Assembly (NCBI RefSeq): GCF_963506605.1 | Contig: NC_083281.1 | Location: 48,112,001 to 48,176,000, forward strand | DNA from: Zootoca vivipara | Lineage: Eukaryota | Length of the DNA: 64,000 nucleotides | Direction: 5' to 3' | Shown: positions 12,440-24,500 of the stretch, piece by piece | Position numbering within the stretch: the first letter of the stretch is position 1 | How the letters are laid out: each line of letters opens with the position of its first letter | Made by a program: the position numbers and the translations under genes | The notes under the pieces: generated by a model | Seen by the model: the letters and a program-made list of their open reading frames with translations, nothing else | Told to the model about the DNA's origin: nothing | The model's database searches: none

Positions 12440-13620
12440 GATGATGTTGTTGATCCTCAGCCCGGGGGAAGGGCGCTATTTTGCAAGCTGGCAGGCGAGC
12501 TGAGTGGAGCCTGGAGAGATGCGCGCGCGGGAGCGGGGGCGCTGCGGCCGCTGTTGCTCTCCTCCCTCTTCCTTCCGTTCTCTTGCTCCGCGGCTGCTCT
12601 GGCTCGGCTCCCCTCGCGTCTCGAGCCCCTTTAAGAAGCCGACGCGAAGCTCCTTGACGTCACCCGCCGCCCGCGGAACTCCCGCCCGCCCCGAGGAGCA
12701 CCAGCTGCAGTAGCAGCAGCAGGAGAAAGAACAGCCGCGTCGCCCGCCCGGTGAGTGGCTCGAGGGCCTGTGGAGCAAAGCCTCTCCGGGTAGACCCCCC
12801 TTCCCCCACGACCGCTCCGGCCCCTTGCGGATCCCCCCGATGCCCCCCACCATCCTCAGCACGACCAGAAGTAGGAACAGGCCGAAGCTGCAGCGGTGGC
12901 AGCAGCGCCCCCTCTCTGTTTGCCGGGCTTCGCCTGCCCCTCGCCTTGCACCGACTACCCCGAGGCGGCGGGGACTTCTAAACTGGGGCTCCGAGAGCGA
13001 CTCAGCCCCGGGCGGCGCCTCGGGAAGAGGGGCACTCTGCACGCGCTCAGGGGCACTCTGCGCCCGGCCCATCCTGGCAGTTGGGGGTGGGCAGCAAGCA
13101 ACTCCGTCCCGCTCCTTGTCGCTGGGCAGGCAACCCCTCCTTGCAGAGCAAGTCCTGGGGCGGCCCCGACCAGAGCTTCCCCCCGCCCGCACGGCTTTTC
13201 TCCCGCCGCATGATCGTCCTGCAGCAGGCACAGGCAGATTTAGGGCGCCCGGAGGCGAGCCGGGCCATCGGGGTCCCCCTGGCTCTGGGTGCTGGGCAGC
13301 GGCTCCCTCAGGCGACCTGGATATGCTGCGGACCTTCCGCAAGTCGATCAACCCCCTCCCTTCCCCCAATCAGAAGAGATAAAAATAAAAATCCACTTGC
13401 AATAGAAAGACTAGTGTGCGCCCCCCACCCCCGCAATCTTCTTATTCAAACAGCCCCTTGCCAAAATCACTTGGTTAGGATGCAGGAGCCTGGTGTCGCC
13501 GGCGGGTTAGACCTTGGCCGGGGACGCGCAGTAGCCCCGGGACGAACAGCCCCCCCCCCTTTCCCAGCTTGGAATGGGTCCGTCCCCGCCTGATTAAAAG
13601 GCAGCTGCTCTTAGGCCTCC
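12440..13620 (+). promoter_or_regulatory. CpG-island promoter and non-coding exon 1 of the SNRK-like gene (donor after 12750)
   Basis: Dense CpG; palindromic CRE TGACGTCA at 12655-12662; GC boxes; consensus donor CCG|GTGAGT at 12750/12751. The first coding exon starts at an acceptor at 15136. Confidence 0.75.
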
Positions 13621-15183
13621 TTGCGGGCGGGGGTGTGGTGGATTTAATTTCTGTCTTCTTTGGAGACGGGGAGGCTGCGATCAGGCCGAGGGAAAAAGGA
13701 GAAGAGAAACCCCAAACGGGTGCAAATCCCGGAACGACTCCCCAGGCTTTGCTCTCTCCCCCATCCTGTCATGGCTGCTGGTTGCAAGAAGGACCCTGTG
13801 ATGGCTGCCCAGTTCCTGCCCAGCCGGGTTCAGGCTCTTGGGTTAACTTTGAAAGCCCTGCACAAGGTAGGGCCAGGGTACCCCAGGGACCTCCTGAGCC
13901 CTCTGATCCCAGCTCCCTGACATCATTTGCAGGCGTGTTGTTGGCATCTCCTGAGTTGGTGAGGCTTATCTGACAGCCAGCGAATTGGAGCCTGGAGTGC
14001 CAGGCTCTGCCAGGAGAGATTCCGCTGGTGCCCCTTTGGCTTCGGCCTTTAAATGCCTGCTGAAAAGTTTCCTATGCTGCCAGGTTGCGTTTGCAGGCTA
14101 CTAAGAGCACCTCTTTCCATAATAAATACTTGGTCTCCGGTTTTAAATTTTGTTTCAGTTCTGTAGAGATATTATTGTAAACTGCTTTGATTTTTCTTAC
14201 AGTGGTATATAATTTTTTTATTTTTTTTAAAAAAAATAAGGGTATTGCTTTAGTGGTGGCGGGGAGCCAGGAACACTAAATGAGATCAACCAAGTGTTGC
14301 AAGGCCTGGTTGAGAGACAGTGAGGAACACCCTTTAGCAGTAAACTGGGGCCCTTTTAGGTGACCCATTTAGTAGGCTTTCTTTGTGATTTCCTGCACAA
14401 ATTTTACACAGTGGGTTTGTCTCCAGTCAGTTCATAATCCCCTTAACCTGGTTTGCTTGAGGAGTTTTAAAAACAACTTCCCAACATTTGTCCTCCCCAA
14501 GCTTTCCAGTGCAGCCCCCCCCCCCCCCGGTCACTTTCCAAACCACAGAAAGTCAAGATCCTTTCTTAAAGCGTTTGTTGTGCTTGGGTGTCTCCTGCAA
14601 AATACTGACCATCTGGCAGCCCCCTTAATATGGGTTAGCAGCTGGATTAGCCTCATTGTTTAGGAAATGTATGAAGTATCTGTGGCAAACATCTTAAAAT
14701 CGGTCCTTTTTCTTACTGAAATACGTATTCCTTTTTTAACTGTGGTGAGCATTGGCCTTTCTGTGTGGCAGAGCTGCCATCAGAAAAAAAGGATTGGTTC
14801 CAGAATGCATCTCCAAAACAGTCTGAGGAAGCTGTATCAGCCCCTCAGATGAAGGCCAGGGCATGGCTTCTGCTGTCCCTCTCGCTGCCACTAGGCTTTT
14901 CAGCTGAAAGGTGCCAATGCCAATTCGAGTAGAAATGTGCAGATTCGTAAGGAACCTGTAAGGCTTGGCTCGCTTGCATGAGTCCTCTGAGCCACGGCTC
15001 CTTTAGGGTACACTTTGCAGCCCCAAAATTACTGAAAGTGGAGCTGGGAGCCTTTCCCTCCCATGTCAGGTGCTTGAAGAGGGCCATAGGGAAGGCTTCC
15101 CCTCCCTCCCTTCACTCTGTGTCTTCTCTTTGCAGCCCCCACCTCCATGCCGAGACCCCTGTGAGGCGGAGGCTGTTGTGGAC

Positions 15184-18100
15184 ATGGCTGCCAGCGCCCG
15201 GGCATTCTCGGAAGGGAAGATTGCTGGCCTCTATGACTTGGAGCGCACTTTGGGCAAGGGCCACTTTGCAGTGGTGAAGCTGGCCCGGCATGTCTTCACG
15301 GGGGAGCGGGTGGCCGTCAAGGTGATTGACAAGAGCAAGCTGGATAGCGGAGCAGCTGCTCACCTCCTGCAAGAGGTCCGCTGCATGAAGCTGGTGCAGC
15401 ACCCCAACGTGGTCCGCCTGTATGAGGTCATCGACACCCACGCCAAGCTCTACCTCATCCTGGAGCTGGGTGATGGTGGGGATATGTTCGACCACATCAT
15501 GCAGCACGAGGGAGGCCTGGGGGAGGAGAAGGCCAAGCACTACTTCGCCCAGATTGTCCACGCCATATCCTACTGCCACCGTCTCCACGTGGTCCACCGG
15601 GACCTCAAGCCCGAGAACGTGGTCTTTTTCCAAGAGCAGGGCGTGGTGAAGCTCACGGACTTTGGCTTCAGCAACTGCTTCCAGCCAGGCACGATGCTAA
15701 CCACCAGCTGCGGCTCCTTGGCCTACTCTGCCCCGGAGATCCTGCTGGGGGACGAGTACGATGCTCCTGCTGTCGGTAAGAGCTGGGAGGGGGGTGAGGG
15801 CTCTGAAGGCCTTTCGAAAGGGGAAGAGTTGGCCAGAGGCGGAGAGGGACATCCTGAGATCTACTGCACCTTATTTATTATTTTATTTGAAACTGGATAA
15901 CCTGCTCTTCCAAAAAATATAGCAAGTCGGCCTACGGCATGTAAAATACACAAAACAGTCTATAAACATGTATAAAACATACAGTAATTAAAAGCACTGG
16001 TGAATGCTGGTTGGTTATTCTGAAGGCTTGCCCCAGCAATGCAGTTACCAGCATCACACTCCAACCAACTGAGCTATCCAGCCTTCCCTGGCTTGCCAGC
16101 CTGCCTTCTGGTATGTTTTGGGCTAAAGCTTCCATCATCCCTGGTCATTGGCCATGCTGGCTGGGGTTGATGGGAGTTGTAGTCCAAAACACTTGGATGG
16201 CCATCTACCTGTAATACTAGAGGCTGGAGCTATGCCACAGCAGAGGGGGGGCCTTCATGTTCTCCTTGTGGATTTGACAGAGAAAGCAAGATGCCATGCT
16301 CATGAAATGGCCCTTTGGTGTGATCCAGCAGGGCTCATATTTCGGCCTTGGATTATGATGAGCCAGGGGTCCCCAGACTTTCCCGGCTTTGGGCCAAAAG
16401 GCAGGGGAGTGCGCGCCCGTGCGCATGCACGCACACACTTACTGGCGCGGTGGCGCGCTTCCAGGTCAGAAAAATCGCCGAAAATCGTTTGTGCACATGC
16501 GTATGGGCCTCCCCCCGACCCGGAAGTGCCTCCCCCCGACCCGGGAGTGCACCGGAAATGACCTCTTCTGGGTCGGGAGAGGCCCATACGCATGCGCACA
16601 AACGATTTTCGGCGCTTTTTTCCGATCTGGAAGTGCGCCGCCGCGCTGCGCGCCGTAAGAACAGGCGGCGGGGGTCGTCGCGGGCCGGATTGGGAGGCCA
16701 ATTGGGCCGCATCTGGCCCGTGGGCCATAGTTTGGGGACCCTGTGATGAGCCTTTGACATATTAGGGTGGAGTTTAATCCAATGTCAGTAATTGTGTTTG
16801 TTGTAGGACATAAATATATTCTCTAAATGTGGAATTGCTCCACAGTGGAACAACAACGCAGCAACATTTGTAGTATATCTGCAAGTTGTAATAGGAGAAC
16901 TTGTGTTGCCCTCCCCAGATTTTGAAAAGGGCAGTCAGCTTCCTCTTCAAAATATGGGCAACAGATAAAGGTTAGGAGGACAGAAGTTTCTGCCATGTTG
17001 TCACCATTTTGGTGGTTAATTCAATCTCTGTAAATACATTTAGAGGAGAGGGTATGGATTATTTCAAAACAAACAGAACCACCTTCCCCATTTTTGAAAA
17101 AGGATTTTCACCCTGGTGCATGGTGCAATGCCATCCAGAATGAATCTATGAATACGGAATAATGATCAGTCTTGCAAAAATTCAGGTCATTTCCTGATTC
17201 TCAAATATCTCCAATGTTAATGATCAAACAACCCCCAGAGCCAAAGCAAGCAAAATGATGACAGTCTACAAGGCCCAGGATGGTTGGGTGTTGTGGCCTT
17301 TTCCCTTAATGGGTGGGGGCAGGCATTGGGGGGGGCTGCTGAAGGAAGTAATCACCCACTCACCCTGTTCTTTTCTGAGCTCTCCAACTTGGCTTGAGCC
17401 TCATGTTGGCAACAGGTACCTTGACTCGGCTTCCTCAATATCTGGCCATTCTTGGTGGCTGCTTCTGTAGGATTGCAAGAGAGGAGGCGAGTTAGGGCCC
17501 AGCCAGGAATAAATGTCTAGTGTGAGCTGTGTGCCTGGCCACACCCCCTCCCCACCTCCAAAGGCTGCCTGAGCTAGAGAAGAGGCCTGGGCAGGGCAGG
17601 ATGTGGTGAGTGAGAGGGAGGTTTGTGTGTGTGTGTGTATGTCTGTTTGCTTGCCTGCTTAGAACTTTTGGTTGTGGCTGCTAGCAGGAAAGAGCAGAGC
17701 TTGTTGACAGGTGCAGAGCCTGCCTCCGGGCTGTGGCTTCTTCTCCCGGCTGGCATCCCCTCGGCAGCACCCTCCTGTGACCTGAAGCATGGGCTGCATG
17801 CCTCACACCCTGTTGCTCAGCTGACCCTTGACCTGCTGGTCTGCTGATGGCCTTGCCCCATTAGCCGCTGCCCTTTTCATGCCATGCTGCTCCTTGGCAT
17901 ACAGGGCACTCTGGTAGCCTGCAGCAGAACAGTGTGTGTGTGTTTGTGTGTGTGTGTGTGTTTGTGTTTGTAGGGAGCCCTGTGAGTCACCTGTGGCATT
18001 TGCTTGGTTTTCTCTTACCATTCCTGTGGTGCTGTTCAGTAAATTGCAGGGGTGGGGTGGGGTTGGATTAGCTGCTTCTAGAAAGAGAGGGGGTGTTCTG

Positions 18101-21100
18101 CCTGCCTCCCCCACTCATTGAACAGGACTGGATTGTTGGCATTTTGCAGCCTTTCATAGACAGTTGTTGCCAGAGGGCCTGAGCACCCTTGCCTGCTTCC
18201 TTTGCTCCATCCTTCCTGCCCCCCTCCTCTTTTCCTTTGCCAAGGCAGCTGCTTGACCTGGGAAGTGAGAAATGGTGCTCTGGGAAGGAAGAGGTGAGGT
18301 CAGAGGGAAATGGGTGGGATTTCCTGCCTGCCAGCAGAGTGTTTTTTTTTCTTCCAGTGGTCCCAAAGCCCTGAGAATGGCCACTAGTTCAGACAGCCAG
18401 GGATGGCTCTTTCAAGCTCTGGGAATAGCGAGCTGTGTGGGTATGAGAGCCAGCCATTTCTGCAGCTTGCCAAACTGATCCAAAAGTCCACTGACCAGGA
18501 GGCCAGAAGCCTTGAGAATTGGCTGGAAAATTAGGAAGGTTTCTGCAGCTTTGGGAAGCTTATTTCCCCGTCCCCACCCTAACATTTCTACCATGCGTGA
18601 AACAAAAAGATGCTTGTTGAGCAGTGCACATCCCCATCCTGCTGTGTACAAAGGGAGCCCTCTGCCTAGGCAGAGCCCCTAAACTGCAAGAGGTGACGGC
18701 TTCCTAGCCTGCAAGAGAGTTCATCCAGCAGTTTGAGGCCAGTGGGATCCCTAAAAGGCTTGAGAAGGATGCCATGGTGGGTTCCTGCTGTGCCCGTCTC
18801 CTCAAATGGGGCAACTGAGCCATTGAGCTACACTTGGTTTGGGTTTTGAAAGAGGACATCAAGAACCACAGGGTTGGCAGCCCAAGACACCCTGCTGCCT
18901 CTGGCACCCTCCCATGCCATGCACAGGGGCTGATCAGAGCGGCAGCAACTGACTTCCTTCCCTCCACGTGTTCTCCACTGCACACGAGGGCAGCAGAGCT
19001 AGCTTACAAGGGTGCACAGAGATGGATGGCACCCAAAGGGGATTGGCAAAAGCAGAGGCCTCAGGTGGAAGAGCCAGTGAGCTGCTACTGCAGCTGGGGC
19101 CCCACTCGCTCTGCCTAATGGTAGGACTGTCCCAGTGAGCTGAACGGAGCTGCTTCTCTCATTGAACCCATTGTGCTATTTGGAGCTGAGCCAGTGCAAG
19201 ATGCTCTAGATTTCACCCTGCTGCCTCCAGGGGAGCTAATGGCCTTGCTAGCCCCTGGGCTTTTCAGGGGGTGTTTGTGGAGTGGTGTGTGTGTGTGTTG
19301 GTTTTGCTGGTCGCAGTGCACATAAAGATACCAGATATGACAACATGAGGGCAGTGGGGTTGGTGTCTGTGTGAGCAGCACCTGTTGCCTCTTCAACCAC
19401 ATACAAATCTTAACACAAAGTTCCAAGAGGAACCGAAAGCTGAAATCGCAACATCCTGCACCTTTGAGGCCATGTGCCTGTTCTGAGAACATTGCAGATT
19501 TGCACCTCCTTCCTCCTCCTTCCACCCTTTAGTTGAGGGCCCTGCCTACGTTACAGACAGCTGCAAGCCCCCCTGGCAGCTGAGACCTTTCTTTACGCCC
19601 CTGACTGCTGGGAGCCCAGCCACCCCTGAATGGTAACTTGGTGCTCTGCTCCTTAGAAGGAAAATGCTCTGTTTCAGAACAGCTGCTGTTCTCCTTCTCT
19701 GCCCCCACCCCCTGTGCATGCACCACCCCACCCTCAAGTCCCCCAGTGGCTGCTTTTTCCTCCCTGCTGCTCCCCCTCCTGGTCACCTGCAGCAATGAGG
19801 GCCTTGACTGCATAGCCATAGCAGCACCCCTTCGGCTGCTATTTATAAGCACCCTTGGAGCAGCGGCTGTGCTGGCAGTCTGCTTCCTGCTTCCTGTCTC
19901 CTCTTAAAGCCGGCTGTGTTGGAGCCTGAGATAACCTCTTCACAGCCAAGCCATCAAACTGAGGCAAATGTGTGGGCGAAGCAAGGCCTGGCTCCACAGT
20001 TCTCAGCAACTGGAGGGGGTGGGGGCTTTTTTTCCTGGAGTCCCTGTGTCCCAGCTCAGTGTATGTGTGTGAAAGTGAGACAGATCAACACCTTGCCCCT
20101 TGTCAGTATCCCATCTTAGAAGTGGCTTCCTTGCTTCCTGTATTGAGGGGACTTGCAGCTGATCCTGGGGCCCCAGCCTGTTGCTGGAGGGTGGGGGGAG
20201 TGGGCTGGAGTTGGGTTGACCAATGGGGTCATTGGTTTGTGGGCAAACAAGTCTTGCTTACAGTAACAAGTGGTGGACACACACACCCCATCGGCTGTCC
20301 AAGGTCCACCTCAGTCCCACCATGTGGCAACTGCAAATGTCAGCACACGCTGACGGCGATTTGAGAATAACTGCAAGAACCCACTTGCTGTAAGCAGCCT
20401 ATCCAGTTAAGAACAGGATGTGGTAGAGATGGGGAGGCCACTGGAGTCGCATGCCCCTCACACCCAAATCCCTTCTCTTTATGGGCTCGTCCACACTTCT
20501 GCTTCTCCCATGCCTAGAAAGCATGGGTCCAAGCGGTTTTCCCCTTGTCCCACTCCTTTCCAAGGGAAAACCCATTCTTTAAGTCTGCATCAGAGCAAAT
20601 GTCAATCTGGAGCAAACCTGAATTGCTGTTTGCTCCAGCTGAGCACTAAAGAGTGGTTTTTCTGTGTGGAAAGCTACAGGGAAAGGAGGAAGTGTGGATA
20701 TGCCCTAAGGAGCATGAAGAACACGCCACACACAATATTTTGCTGTCTCTCACCCGGGGGCAGCTTTTGCAGGCCACGTTCTTTGTTAAACATTCGGTTT
20801 TAGTCTTGCATCAGCATTCCAAAGCACCTTTCTACCTCAGTCACTGCTGCCTTCCTCACTGCAGGGAGGGGCTTCCCTAGTCCTGAACTACTTCTGGGGC
20901 ACCATGGGGTGGCAGGGGCAGCCCTCTCCCTGCCTGCATCTCCCTTGCAAGTGCCAACGTTCTGCTCCTGGAATAATTAGCCAGATGGCCAGCCTTCACA
21001 CTGGTCTGGATGGGAAAGATTATAGCTATGCTGTAGGGCCCTGAAGCTGGGTGTGGGTGGTGTGTCCATGTGCAGCCTCTCGGGCATCTGCTCTGAAGGG

Positions 21101-21482
21101 AGACCTCTGGCTCTGCTGAGCCCAGGGGCCCTTTCCTCCCCAGGGCCCAGCTCTGCAACAGAAAGCAAGTCCCAGTGGTGGCGATGAGCACCTGTGAGGA
21201 CACCAAACGGACCCCTTGTCTGGAGCAGTTTTGTTGAGGATAATAATAATGAATGCACAGATAGTTGTGTGAATATTCATTCACCATTTTTTTAAAAAAA
21301 CCCATACAAGAATAAAAACCTGAGGAGGAGAAGCCTTTGCTTTCCAAGGACCTTCATGTGCCCTTCAGATGCAGCTGGTAGGAGGAGAGACAGCTCACCC
21401 CACAGCTGAAGGCTGTACAGTGAGGGTGGGTGTTTTTAATATTACAGCCACCTCTCCACCCTGAGATTTCAGCAGACATTGG

Positions 21483-21525
<43 letters not shown>

Positions 21526-24500
21526 CCACAGAGATAGGGGGAGACTGGGAGACTGCTGCCCCTTACTGTCTCCCTCCTTGTTGATTTGGGAAAGGGAGGT
21601 AAGAAGACTCTTCAACAAGCATGGCGGTGCTACTGCGGCAACCTGTTCTGTTGAAACCAGGGAGTGTCCCAACAGCACTCCTACCTTTGTGCACATCCCT
21701 TTCAGATCTCAGACCTGCCTGCAACTGTCAGTAGACAATCGCCCCCACTTTCTATGGGATCCAACTAATTCCTCCACCCCCTCCCTAGTTTTTTAACCTG
21801 GGTGCAGAGCTAGGGGGACCCAGGCACATATCATAGTTTCCTGGACGTGTTGATAAAGTAGCATTTGCAAGTTTGATGCAAATGTGTGCTATGAACTGTG
21901 TCCGGAGTCATTTAAATCCTTAGCAGTGCCCCCTAAAAGCCAGAACAATGGAGAGGGTTGCTGCAGTTGCAGTCTTTCTGGGTGGGATGGGGAACAGCTT
22001 TAGGCATATCGGGGGGGGCATGCAAGGGTAAAATTGGAAAGGTCCCCTGGGTGGCTTTGGGGTCCTTTGACCCACTTGGGCAGAAGCGCCTAGCAGGAGG
22101 CGGAAGAAACAGTTCTTGCCAAAAGCCTGCCTGAGCCGATTATACTCCAAAGGATTTGAGGCCCCCACCGCACTGCTTATCTCCTGGGCCATCTGTGCTC
22201 TGTCCCCTCCTTTACTCTGCCTCCAAGAGCTTTGCCCACCCCCCTCTCCAGGCTGCCTTCTTTCCCTGCCTTGGGAGAGTCCAACTTGCTCTCGTCTGCA
22301 GAGAACCCAAACCCAGGGCTCATCTTGGTTGTTCTTGAGTTGGGGGCAGGGGGCAAGAGGCAACATCACCCCTGGCCCTCCAGACATTGTTGGGCTCCCC
22401 CTCCCTCCAGCCAGCATCCCAGCCATTCACCCGGATGGTGAGGAGTTGGAATCCAGCCAGAAAGGTGGGCTCTGGCTCTTGGGCCAAGAGGGCGATGGAA
22501 GGAGCCTTTTCCTGTCCTCCTCCACACATTTCACTGCTGCTTCCTTCTCCTCTCCTCTTCCTCGGCCCTACACCTCCCTCCCTCCCAAATCCAAGACAGC
22601 CCAGGTCCTTGGGCACCCCTCTCTCCTTTCCCCCATTTTTGGGGGGTTTTGCTTACGGTGTGCCGGTCCTTTTTTCATCTTAGTCCTTAGCTGGAAGGTG
22701 TACATTATACAGGCTGAGGTGTAAGTAGGACTACCCTTGGGACTGATCTGGAGGCTGCAGCTGGCGCAGACATTGGCTTGTGGGGGAGAGGTTCTGATCC
22801 CTTTCATGATTCTGTGGCCTTGAGGCTAGCTGCCTTTTCTGCAGCAGCCTTAGTTTTGCAAAGTGGTGCTGTGGTGGAAAGCCAATAACTTGTTGGGGTG
22901 CTTGTGGGGGGGGCTCTCTATTTCAGGCAAATGATCCCCGTTCCTCTCCTGCTTTCTGTCTTTCTCCAGATGTCTGGAGCCTGGGAGTCATCCTGTATAT
23001 GCTGGTCTGTGGGCACCCGCCTTTCCAGGAAGCCAACGACAGCGAGACGCTGACCATGATCCTGGACTGTCGCTACGAAACCCCACCTCATGTCTCCTCC
23101 GAGTGTGCAGAGTACGACCAGACCCCCCCCTCCCAACTCACTCCCCCCCCCCACCTGTCATGCACCCCACTTGCCCTCACCAGGTGTGGCAACCGGGTCT
23201 TGCACCTCCTTCCTCCCCTCCAGACAGAGAGAAGGCGCCTGGGTTGCCTGTCCCAGATTGTAACTCTGCCCCTTTGCTGACCCAGTGCCCTCCAGCCTCT
23301 GCCCCAAGCAGCATGGTTGTTGTAGTCCCTAGTGGGCATAAGGTTGGGGAAGGATAAGGGTTCTGGATCCTTCCTTCCTTGCCCCCTCCCCGGACTGGGC
23401 CTGCTCCCTGTGGGGCATGGTGTGGGAGGTCAGGCAGGCATGCCTGAGATGGGGTACAGTGCCCTGTCACATGCTCCCCCCTTTGTCCCAGGCTCCCTCT
23501 GCCTGTGGGGAAGGAGGGGGGTGCTACGGCTGGCTGAGCTCCAGGCAGCAGCAGGCCCTGTAGGACCCAGCTGCCCCTGCTTAGAGACCAGCCATGTCAA
23601 CAGTCACATTAACACCTGGGGTGGGGAAAGTTCTCGCCATGGGTTGGGGTGGGGAGTTCAGCCTGCTGCTGCCTATCTGTGTGGGGGCTGGGCTGGGCTG
23701 GGGCTTCACAGGAGGGGAGTGGGAAAGATGTGATATCTGAGGGCCTCTGTGTGACTCTGCCCTGCCCACCCCTTCTGTTGGACAGCCTGATTGCCCAGAT
23801 GCTGCAGCGGGACCCCCAGAAGAGGGCCTCCTTGGAGCAGATTGAGAGCCACCCGTGGCTGCAAGGTGTGGACCCCTCCCCTGCCAGCCGCTCCCTCCTG
23901 CCTCTGACGTCGCACAGGCGGGTCTCGGAGGAAGAGCACGGCATCATCATCCAAGCCATGATGTGCGGCAACATTGCGGACCGAGAAACCATCCAGGAGT
24001 GAGTCTCCCAAGGGTGGGAGGAGGAATCTGAATTGCCATCAGACGGGGCTCTGGTTGGCTGGGAGGAAAGTGGTGGTGGTGGGGAGCAGGGAGAGAGGAC
24101 TTACTTAAGTACTATGGGGGCTGCCTCCTCAGGCTAGCCCTGCCCTCCTTCCTAACCCCCCACCAGTTGCTGTGGGCTGCTCTCCTCAAGAGTCATAAAG
24201 AAGGCTGCAGCAGCCGTGATGCAACGCTCCTCCTCATGTGGAGGACTTCTGCCCTGGCACCACCTGCCTTCGCTCTTAGGATCTCTTCTCTGGTCGATCG
24301 TTGGGGAGCTTCAAAAGCTTTCTTCAGCCCGAACACCACAGCGACTGATGCCAACTGACATCAGCACACTTACAGATCAGCAGAGTTTGTGCAATTGTGT
24401 AACAGAACTCAGTATCACAACATTTGGCTAATCTACGTTTATTTACATATAAACACACACGGAGCACTGCAACATGGCTCCCCCTCTCTCTCTAGCATCA

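Noticed and set aside
12476-13593. Long Arg/Gly/Pro-rich ORFs, also at 46764-47853
   Set aside because: Expected stop-codon scarcity in CpG islands.
15070-15183. Upstream extension of the kinase ORF in the track
   Set aside because: It crosses the acceptor at 15135/15136; the ATG at 15184 has strong context and matches the SNRK N-terminus.
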